Assembly (NCBI GenBank): GCA_963823665.1
Contig: CAWGMQ010000010.1
Span: forward strand, 320,001-384,000
DNA length: 64,000 bases
Direction: 5' to 3'
Source: an uncultured Planctomycetota bacterium
GTDB lineage: Bacteria > Planctomycetota > Planctomycetia > Isosphaerales > Isosphaeraceae
Shown here: in pieces, positions 51,013 to 59,104 of the stretch
Layout of the letters: the number at the start of each line of letters is the position of its first letter
Position numbering within the stretch: position 1 is the first letter of the stretch
The notes under the pieces: generated by a model
The model's database searches: none
Seen by the model: only the letters and a program-made list of their open reading frames with translations
What the model was told of the DNA's origin: nothing
Made by a program: the position numbers and the translations under genes

Positions 51013-51949
51013 TCAATTGCTGCGTTGCTTGGCGAGCAGGCGGAAGAACGAAGCCCGGCTCTTGCCGGTGACACGGCACCAAAATGCCTGTTGATCACTT
51101 ACAGAACTTGGGAAATGTTCGATGGCTTGCTCAAGAGTGCGAAGTTCTTGAACCTTGGCGTCGATTCGGCGTGATGTGTCTTCCTTGTGGACCAGGCTCT
51201 TTAGTTGCGTGAGTACCAAGTGTCGCCAGTCGAGAACCCTCTGATCGGGCGTAGAGAACTTTCTTGAAGGACGGTTCCAGCAACCGCATCGAAAGCGCCC
51301 GGTCGTCGCCGTTGCGTTCGATAAAATCGACCACCTCCAGACAATCGCCTGGACTCAAAGATTCAAAGCCCGCCAATGCAATTCGTCGCATCAACTCCAG
51401 AACCTCTTCCCGGCTCGCTTCCAGCGAGAAGATATCGACTCGGGATAACACGGCTTTGAAGGCGTCGTTGCGCTTCGGGACGATATTGGCACAAAATATG
51501 AGCCTGCTCTCGAAGACAAATGAAGCAGGCAAGTCATCCAACTGGCTTGACGAGTAGGTCAAGATGCGGGGAGTACCCCACAATGCCGACCGTAACAGTC
51601 CGAGGTGCGCCATCGAACTGAAGATGCTGTCAACGTCGTCAAAAAAAATCACTTTGCCCTGACGGTTATGGTAGAGGCATGCGTATAAGCTTAGAGGGGT
51701 TATGTGACTGTTCACAAGAATCGGTAATACGCCTTCGTCGGCAAGCGTGCGAACAACAGTCCGTGATTTTCCAAGGCCCCCCGTTGAGCCATACACGAAC
51801 AGCCCCACGCTCATGCCACGTGCCAACAACCGAACGTGGTGCGCCAAGAGGTCCTGGCGTTGCTCAAGGGCGGTTAGCGGTCCCTCGTCTGTGACTAAGT
51901 TGGCGGTATCGTCTTGGATTTGCGTGATCAGGTTCAAAGTGGTCTGCAT
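51013..51949 (-). CDS. P-loop ATPase with C-terminal HTH-like segment, frameshift near 51238
   Basis: GSTGGLGKS Walker A, FFDDVD Walker B; shifted frame ends TGKSRASFFR and stops inside the motif. Confidence 0.75.
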
Positions 51950-52003
51950 GGCGATGGTCCGAGTTAGATTGAAAGGGTGTTCCTCTCAGCCCTTTCGTCG
52001 GTG

Positions 52004-52183
52004 TCAGGCGGCGTGCTGGACTCGCCGGATGATCAACGGGCGACGAACAGTGGTGGGCAATTCCTTTGTCAATTCCCGCCTCTCCCGAACGTGTGAGGGG
52101 ACAGGAACGGAAACGGCGATGGCAGCTTGACGGCGGACAACCAAGGCTTCAGCGGGCGATCCGGGGCGAATCTTGATCAGCAT
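52004..52183 (-). CDS. hypothetical 59-aa protein
   Basis: Manual translation MLIKIRPGSPAEAL..RRVQHAA*; GGAG RBS; stop codon in motif. Confidence 0.5.
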   Translation of the reverse strand: MLIKIRPGSPAEALVVRRQAAIAVSVPVPSHVRERRELTKELPTTVRRPLIIRRVQHAA

Positions 52184-52279
52184 CTCTCTGACTCCAGGGG
52201 TGATTTCCTCACACCCCTTTCGTCGGTGTCGATCGGAGGATTCTGGGGGGCGTTCGTTTCGCCCCCCGTGTCTCCGTTG

Positions 52280-53172
52280 TCACCCAGGCGTTTCACCGAA
52301 AGACTTATCCCAGTACTTGGCCATCTGGTCGTCCGACTTCTTACCCGCCAAGTAATCCAGCACATACGAGGCAAGTTTGTGTCCCGGATCGGCAGGACCG
52401 GTCTTACCTTCCAGGAACGCCCTCAATTGCTTGAGGTTCCTCGTAACGGGTCCACCGTGACCGGTTGCCTCATGGTCCTCCTGACGTTTTTCTTTGATCT
52501 TGGCGGCCGTGACTTTTCCGCCACTGGACGCAACTTCGTCGAATGTCTTGACTTGTTTGTCGGTCGGCACTTTGGTCAATTCCAAAGCAGCCGATACGGG
52601 GGTTTTCCCTTTCGCCACACTTTCTTGGATATGCGTGGGCAACATCACGAGGTTGAGCAGGTTCGAGAGCCACTTCTCAGACCGCTTGAGCCGTCCCGAG
52701 ACTTGCTTGAGGGTTAAACCATAGTCCTCGGTTAGTGACCGAACTGCATGGGCCAACTGAATCGGTTTGGGGTCTTCCCGTTGTATGTTCTCACTAATGT
52801 TGACGAGTGCTGCCTCGGCATCGGAGAGGCGGGAAATCGAGTATTTAATCTTGAAATCGGGACATTCGCCACTCTCGATCAGCCAGAGGGCTGCCCGCAT
52901 ACGTCGAAACCCGCCGATGACTTCCAATCGACGATCAGGAAGGGGACGGACAAGGATCGGATTCAACTGCCCGCTGGTGCCGTCTTCGGTGTCGTTTGAC
53001 CCTTTCTTTGGGAGCATATCCCTGCCAAGTTCGACGAGTGCATCGTCGATCGGCGGTTCTTCGCCACCACGGCTCAGATTCTTCTTCCAGTCGATGACGA
53101 GCGCCTTGGATCGACAAGGAAAATGTCAGAACGTGTAACCTTGTGGTCGCCGGTGTCTGCTGCAAAAGCCAT
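52280..53172 (-). CDS. ParB/Spo0J-like protein, frameshift near 53107
   Basis: GQLNPILVR, GGFRRMRA, SENIQRED, HTH; AGGAG RBS before ATG 53172. Confidence 0.8.
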
Positions 53173-53449
53173 AAATCAGTCTCCTGGGTTGTGGTTGTTT
53201 GTCTCGTTTGTCGTCGGTGTCAGTTTTCTAGTGGATTCGTCGTCGCCTTGGTTCGTTGCTGTGTTGAGCCTGCGGTGTCGAGATCGCCGCTCCCTGGATC
53301 GGAATCGGCGATGACTTTCTGGTCGATTGGCGTTGATTTGCATGGATGACGCTCCGTCCAACATTCGTAATGTGTGTGAATAGTCCGAGGCGGTTTGATG
53401 GCTGTCCCGTTCGCACTTCCTTCGACGGTGTCAGTTGATCTGCCTGGGG

Positions 53450-53743
53450 CTAGGGACGGCGAATTTCACCCGCCGAGGTGTAGCCGTAAATCTTGCGGAG
53501 GAACTCGATGGCCTTTGGATCGAGATGAGCTTGGTCGTTGGCGGTGCCGATGATGGTGCCGTCTCGCAGAAATGTGAGATGCCAACCGGCGTGTTCGTTT
53601 ACCTGGACGGCATCCAGGCTGGGGTCGGCAGCGAAGGCTTCCCTGGCAACCTGGCTCATCAGTTCATTGCCCCACTCTGACGGTCCCAAGTAGATCCAGA
53701 GCTTCTTCGCATAGACGTTTCCATTTCGCTCGATGAGCGCCAT
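53450..53743 (-). CDS. hypothetical protein
   Basis: MALIERNG..., GGAG RBS. Confidence 0.6.
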   Translation of the reverse strand: MALIERNGNVYAKKLWIYLGPSEWGNELMSQVAREAFAADPSLDAVQVNEHAGWHLTFLRDGTIIGTANDQAHLDPKAIEFLRKIYGYTSAGEIRRP

Positions 53744-53830
53744 TACGGGCTCTCCGGTGTTGGTCGAGATCATCAGATTCGTCCAATTTTTGTATTTGTG
53801 GTCGTTGGCTCCGTACGGTGATCGTCGGTG

Positions 53831-54232
53831 TCAGTCCGTGTCCCAATCTGAGAGTTGTCTTGGGTCGATGCCTTCGGCGGGCATCCCCTCGCCGTGGTAT
53901 TTCACCGGGAAAGGCACTTCCGACCGTTCCGCACCGTGGATCAGCAAGTGATCCAGGTCGATAACTCGCCCTGACCCGTCAAAGTGGCGGTCGTTCTCGG
54001 GATAGTCAGAGAGGTCGCTATCGGGGACGTGAAGTTGATGACCGTAAGTTGCGTCATCGCTGAGTTCGTCGATGGCATCGGACATGGAGTCGGCTTCGAC
54101 GATGAGGAATAGCGGCGTGTAAGAACCGCCGAGTTCAAGGAGCCACGTCTTGCCGAACCAGCCATCGGGGTTGAGTACGGGGATGTCGGTGAGGTCATGT
54201 CCGTGGAACTTGCATGAGGCGGCGATCTTCAT
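53831..54232 (-). CDS. acidic hypothetical protein
   Basis: MKIAASC..., GGAG RBS, stop codon in motif. Confidence 0.7.
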   Translation of the reverse strand: MKIAASCKFHGHDLTDIPVLNPDGWFGKTWLLELGGSYTPLFLIVEADSMSDAIDELSDDATYGHQLHVPDSDLSDYPENDRHFDGSGRVIDLDHLLIHGAERSEVPFPVKYHGEGMPAEGIDPRQLSDWDTD

Positions 54233-54284
54233 GGGTTTGCTCCGTCTGGGTGAGTGTTCTTCACACCCACCCCTGCGGTGTCGG

Positions 54285-54896
54285 TTAGCCTCCCTCTTCA
54301 ACCTGCACATATCCCAGGGCATCAAACGCTGCCCTCAGATCGTCTTCTGACGGATACCCGCCCTGATCGTCACGGTTCTCCACACTGCTGGAGCGGTTCT
54401 CGCTCAGCCAGGAATAGACTTCACACTCCCAGCCATCAGGAAGTTCATACTCGTGCTTGACCCGCCATGCGGCATCATTGATGTTTTCGAGGGTCGCTTC
54501 GTATTCACGCCGGGAGTAATCCTCTTCGCTGAGAATCGGGTATCCATCCATTTGTTCGCATAGTTCGTGATAGGTCTTGAACGCTTCCGTAACCTCACCG
54601 TCCCGGTAGACCCTGATGGAAAAACCATCGACGTGACCGACCGCCCAATGACTGTGAGATTCGATCACCACGTCCGGATCGTCTTCGTCCGTGAACGGTT
54701 CCATCGCATCGGCGATGGCATCGGCGTTGGATTGGTCCAGGAGACCGCTGTCACGATTGTGCGTGTAGATGATCGCCCAGTTGTCAGGGTCGTTGAGATC
54801 CCGCTCTCGGTCCCAAACGAAACACTGAAAATGCTGCCAGTTGCCAGCCGCTTCCTTGGCGGCATCTTCGACGGTTAGTTCACCAAGTGCGGTCAT
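54285..54896 (-). CDS. acidic hypothetical protein
   Basis: RDSGLLDQSN..HWAVGHVD..YPILSEEDYS; GGAG RBS before ATG 54896. Confidence 0.7.
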   Translation of the reverse strand: MTALGELTVEDAAKEAAGNWQHFQCFVWDRERDLNDPDNWAIIYTHNRDSGLLDQSNADAIADAMEPFTDEDDPDVVIESHSHWAVGHVDGFSIRVYRDGEVTEAFKTYHELCEQMDGYPILSEEDYSRREYEATLENINDAAWRVKHEYELPDGWECEVYSWLSENRSSSVENRDDQGGYPSEDDLRAAFDALGYVQVEEGG

Positions 54897-54992
54897 CTTG
54901 ATCTCCGTTGGAAGGGGTTTTTTCACGCCCCTTTCGGTGGTGTCGGTCATGCGTGATCAGAGACAACGAAGTCGCAGGCGAGATGCGCTCTG

Positions 54993-55223
54993 CTATTCGA
55001 TTCGCACAAGCCCGTAGTGCACATTCCGGACTCGCTTGTGGTAGTGCCGGGGCACGCTCTTCCAGGACCCGTCTGGGAACTCGATCTTGATTCGTCCATT
55101 GGCGAATACCTCTGTGACAGTCACTCGCTGTTTCCTGGCCTGCGGGGAAGCGGGAAAGTAGAACGCCGAGTCGCCGAGTTCAGGTAATGCAGCGACTTCC
55201 AGGGTCATTTCACCCACGCTCAT
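54993..55223 (-). CDS. small hypothetical protein
   Basis: GGAGG RBS, 76 aa. Confidence 0.55.
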   Translation of the reverse strand: MSVGEMTLEVAALPELGDSAFYFPASPQARKQRVTVTEVFANGRIKIEFPDGSWKSVPRHYHKRVRNVHYGLVRIE

Positions 55224-55507
55224 AACTACCTCCGTTTGAGGGGTAGTTTGCTTTCATGCCCCTCTCGTCGGTGTCGGTTGAGAAGAGACCGAACAGGGAG
55301 CACCGTCGTCGATCCGAGGCGGCTTCGAGCGTTCGCATGGGCAGCAGAATACCGCCCGCCGCTGGCCAGTCGGGAGCGATTCACGCTGCTTCTTGATCGC
55401 AGAAGCCGAGCCGCAACTTGATCGACTTGGGTGTCCCTGTCAGGTTGCCCACGATCGGGACGATTCGCACGGCGGTGTCAGTTGTCGACACTCTGTTCTC
55501 GCAGGGG

Positions 55508-56449
55508 TCATGCCTGGACAAGCTCTTCCGTTTGCTCGGGCACGTCCTCGGGCTTACGTGAGAAATCGAGGATGTAGGAAGCGGCTTTACTGGCTTGTGC
55601 GGAAGCCAAAAATATAAAACGAGGGTCGCCCTTCATGCCTCTGAGCCAAGAGGCGAGGTATGCCGTGTGGTTCGACAAGTCCTCGGAAGACGGGACGTTC
55701 AACTCACGGCAGACATAAACCCCTCCCAGTTCGGCGATCAACTCTCCGAAGCCGTACGAGTTTTCCTTGATCTTCCGGCTCCAATCGAGCCGTGACGGGT
55801 GTTCCGTGGCATGAACACATTCATGGAAAGCAGTGGCGTAGTACTCATTCAGCGACTCGAACGTCGCTTTGGACGGCATCTGGATGCAATCTCGTTTTGA
55901 GTCGTAGAACGCTCGTCCCCCGCCATAACGAAGGCTGATGCCCATGCCACACGTCGCAGCTTCGAGAGCTTCCTCTGCGGGCAGGTAATCAATTGTTAAG
56001 GGTCCGGTGCCTTCGGCCTGCTCGGCACAGAGATGGGCGAGTCCTTCCGTCTGGTCTGCGTTAAAAATCGTATACATTCTGAGTACGAAGAACCGGTCTT
56101 CGGTTTCATCACCGTTCTCGTCTCGGTCGGTCTTCGTGACCGGCGTCCAGAAGCAGATCTGCGTTCCCCAACGCCCAGGTGGCACATGACTTGGACGAGG
56201 CAGCACTCTGCCTTTCAAGTTCTTGATCTGTTGAAAGGTTCCCCACCAGTGGGAGGTAAACCCATGCGTCTGCGAGGCGAGGTCCAGCAAGATAGGATTC
56301 AAGCCCCTGTATGCCCGCTTGCTGATAATGTTGCGTTGAACGGAGTTATTGGATCGCCAAGGTCTTCGCCACGGAGGCAGCGACCCGCTCTCAAGTGCGG
56401 CGATGATCGTGTTGGTGATCTGCTCCCGAATCTGATTCTGGTTCGCCAT
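55508..56449 (-). CDS. ardC: ArdC-like antirestriction / ssDNA-binding protein
   Basis: ITNTIIAALE..PWRRPW, YRGLN, WGTFQQ, IFNADQ, HECVH, ELIAELG. Confidence 0.92.
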   Translation of the reverse strand: MANQNQIREQITNTIIAALESGSLPPWRRPWRSNNSVQRNIISKRAYRGLNPILLDLASQTHGFTSHWWGTFQQIKNLKGRVLPRPSHVPPGRWGTQICFWTPVTKTDRDENGDETEDRFFVLRMYTIFNADQTEGLAHLCAEQAEGTGPLTIDYLPAEEALEAATCGMGISLRYGGGRAFYDSKRDCIQMPSKATFESLNEYYATAFHECVHATEHPSRLDWSRKIKENSYGFGELIAELGGVYVCRELNVPSSEDLSNHTAYLASWLRGMKGDPRFIFLASAQASKAASYILDFSRKPEDVPEQTEELVQA

Positions 56450-56839
56450 GACTGCTCACCTCCGGGTTGGACGTGGTAGGTAACTCACGTCCCCTTCGTC
56501 GGTGTCAGTTCAAAAAAGAGGATGATTCCCTGAGATCGGCGAGAAGTAAGAAAGGGCTTGTCTCACAATGTGTGTGAGACGCTTTCGCTGCGATGGGATC
56601 GCCGGATAGAAACTCTGGCAAGAGAATGAGTTGAGTGGCGATGGTCTAGGTCGCACGTCAATTCAGGTACGCCAACCGGTTCCCTAGATATAGAGAAGGC
56701 GACCGCCGCAGCACGTACGCAAACCGACACCGACGTCATAGACTAGGGGGGAGCGTCGAAGAATCATTCATCCTCAGACGATTTGTAACCGCACCATGTC
56801 CGAGGTGAAAAACGCTAACACCGAGGCAAGCGGCGATCC

Positions 56840-57040
56840 GTGATCATGAGGCATCTGGACAAGTTCTTCCGGACACGGCAGATTGAGAAAGGCTTTTCCC
56901 CTCGTCAACTGGTCGCACTGGCTGGTTCCACAAACTTGAACAAAGGCACCAACCTCATCCAGAAGTTCGAGTCCGGTGGCACGATCGCACCCGAACCGTT
57001 CACCAAGCTGTGCTCAATCCTGGAGGACGTCCGTCGTTGA
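56840..57040 (+). CDS. small XRE-like HTH protein, divergent from ardC
   Basis: KGFSPRQLVALAG..IQKFESGG. Confidence 0.5.
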   Translation: MIMRHLDKFFRTRQIEKGFSPRQLVALAGSTNLNKGTNLIQKFESGGTIAPEPFTKLCSILEDVRR

Positions 57041-57127
57041 CAGAGGCGGCAAGTCGCTGATTCAACGGGTTAGACGATCAGCGTGAATAAGAAGCCAGCC
57101 CTGTCCGCTGGTCTGGCGCAAGTTGCG

Positions 57128-57895
57128 TCACCCGATTTGCTCAATCTGAGAGTCATGCACGCCGAATAATGTCTCATCCTGAAGAGCGGCTCGGACGATT
57201 ATTGCTCGTTCTTCGACGTCCTCATCGGGAATAAGTTGCATCGCCTGAGTGGCCGTCACATACGCCGGCGATGGGTTTAGCCAAACTCGATGCTGCCAAA
57301 TCTCAAGGCCACCAGCCGGATGAACTGCCGCCACGAGCGTGCCTAACTCTTGTCTGTAGTCATGCGGATCAGCAGCGATACCAAAGAGTTGATAGACCAT
57401 GACCTTTCTTTGGACCGGCATTGAGCAGACGGATGCCGTTCGATGGAGCATTTGGTAAACGACTTGATTGACTAATCCTCGGTCAACTTGCCCGGTTGTA
57501 CCTTCTATCAATTGAATCCAATGCTGAAGAACCTGCGGCTTCCGACTGCGGGCGTTCGCTCTAGCCAGCCAAACGCCTACTGTCTCGTACATCGGCTCGG
57601 TGGACTTGCCCTCTACTCCAATGGCCGTTTGGGTCGAACGGTACATAATATCGGTGTAGGAGGGAGTTTCTCCCTGAAATGAATCGACTTGGAACTCGCA
57701 ATGGACGATAAGATCGGTTTCGAGTGGAACACTTAAGTCGTTGAACAGGTTATCGACTCTAGCCTGCTCGCTCCAGTAGAAAAGGAGTGGGACCGTCGAA
57801 CGAGTGATCTTTGCAAACTCTGCGGACGGGTAACGACCGAGTATTCCAGCGAAATCGCAGACGTTCGGTCTACCGTAGTGATATCGCATGATCAT
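57128..57895 (-). CDS. putative PD-(D/E)xK nuclease (DUF6946-like)
   Basis: SYTDIM..GVEGKSTEP, YQMLHRTAS. Confidence 0.65.
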   Translation of the reverse strand: MIMRYHYGRPNVCDFAGILGRYPSAEFAKITRSTVPLLFYWSEQARVDNLFNDLSVPLETDLIVHCEFQVDSFQGETPSYTDIMYRSTQTAIGVEGKSTEPMYETVGVWLARANARSRKPQVLQHWIQLIEGTTGQVDRGLVNQVVYQMLHRTASVCSMPVQRKVMVYQLFGIAADPHDYRQELGTLVAAVHPAGGLEIWQHRVWLNPSPAYVTATQAMQLIPDEDVEERAIIVRAALQDETLFGVHDSQIEQIG

Positions 57896-58268
57896 GTTCT
57901 CGCTTTCGCTACCATGAAGTCCATGATCTCCAGATCAAAGTTGTGCTATTCGGTCTCGATCGTCTCAGTCGGAGCAGGCATTGTAGTTGCCTGCCCCCCG
58001 CATAGAGTTGAAAGACCTCACGATCGGCTTCCTCTAGCACGTCACGCACTTCCCCACATTCGCCCCAAGCAGACTACAGGATGCTTCGACATCAGCTATC
58101 ACACAAAGATAAAAGGTAATGCGTTGTTGCGTGATTATGCGAGGCATCATTAAACTCCGGGAAATGGTGGCAACATGACTCGTCGGAGCTTGCACGATTC
58201 TGTATGCCGAGGAGCCAAAGCCACAGGTGATACGCCCTCGGATATGACACCACCGCTCTTTAACGAGG

Positions 58269-59090
58269 TCAAACAATTGTATCTGGGTGTGCATCAAGCC
58301 AAGTCTTCACGCTGTAAAGCTTGATGCAATAGTCTGGGAATACCATGAGTAGGGCATACATCTCCTCGTGAGATCGAGCAGCAGGCGGATCTTGCGGGTG
58401 ACCTGCCTCATTACGACGATCTCGGATCAGATCGGCAATTTTGTTGATCAGGAGTGGACGCTCCTGAGTGCGCCATTCATCCGGAAGTTGATTCTTATTT
58501 TGCGACAGCCATTCCGTGACGGCTCTTACACGCTCAACCATGTTGCACTTCGGCGCAGTCCGCTTCCCAAAATTCGCACGAGATTGAGTATCCTGAATCG
58601 CCCCGGAGATTGCGGTGCAGACCTCAATGAATAGCATCTCCGACGCTGCCCCAAGCATGACCGCCGAAGCTAAGTAGTTTGAAGATCGGAACGTGGAGAC
58701 TGCCTCCTGCAAGTAACGGTGGATTGTGGGGCTCAATCCCCCAGTCGCTTTCTCAAGGCGTGCGAGGTATCCATCGGGGTCGTAAGGTACGGGATGACGT
58801 TCGCCGACGACCTTCAAGCCGTGATCCGTCAACGACAGAAAAGGCCACCCCGAATCCGAGTTCGGCGTTCCGGGGATCAGGATTCGATCGATGATCAGAT
58901 CCCAAACGACGTGCTTGAGGCGGTTCATGTCCGCTCTTGGAATTTCCCAGTTTGGGTCGTGGGACTTGTTTAACTCCCGCCGTAAGAGGTCGGAGACGTT
59001 ACGAACACAGTCATTCCACTGGCATCGACCCTCGTCCTTGATCGACGCCAGATGGACGAGAAGGAATGAACGCAGTTCTTCAGTCGTCAT
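58269..59090 (-). CDS. putative HEPN-domain protein
   Basis: EAVSTF..YLASAVMLGAASE and RNEAGH (RX4H). Confidence 0.65.
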   Translation of the reverse strand: MTTEELRSFLLVHLASIKDEGRCQWNDCVRNVSDLLRRELNKSHDPNWEIPRADMNRLKHVVWDLIIDRILIPGTPNSDSGWPFLSLTDHGLKVVGERHPVPYDPDGYLARLEKATGGLSPTIHRYLQEAVSTFRSSNYLASAVMLGAASEMLFIEVCTAISGAIQDTQSRANFGKRTAPKCNMVERVRAVTEWLSQNKNQLPDEWRTQERPLLINKIADLIRDRRNEAGHPQDPPAARSHEEMYALLMVFPDYCIKLYSVKTWLDAHPDTIV

Positions 59091-59104
59091 CGATCCTGCA
59101 CACC

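Larger units (their letters stand above)
49505..56510 (-). repeat. dispersed junction motif YGACACCGACGAAAGGGGYGTGAR plus stem-loop, 15 intergenic copies
   Basis: GGTGTC core on + strand at 49520, 49795, 50099, 50486, 51009, 52000, 52225, 53216, 53427, 53827, 54277, 54939, 55270, 55474, 56501. Confidence 0.9.

Noticed and set aside
52988..53279. Extra GGTGTC hits at 52988, 53152 and 53274 (also 42090, 42664, 44273, 47421, 48629)
   Set aside because: They lie inside coding or probable coding sequence, or lack the downstream consensus; a 6-mer is expected by chance, so they were not counted.
49505..56510. CRISPR array or classical integron as the explanation of the junction repeats
   Set aside because: Spacing is irregular (about 200-1000 bp) and the spacers are whole genes. 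I found no cas genes, no consistent RYYYAAC...GTTRRRY ends, and the integrase does not look like IntI.
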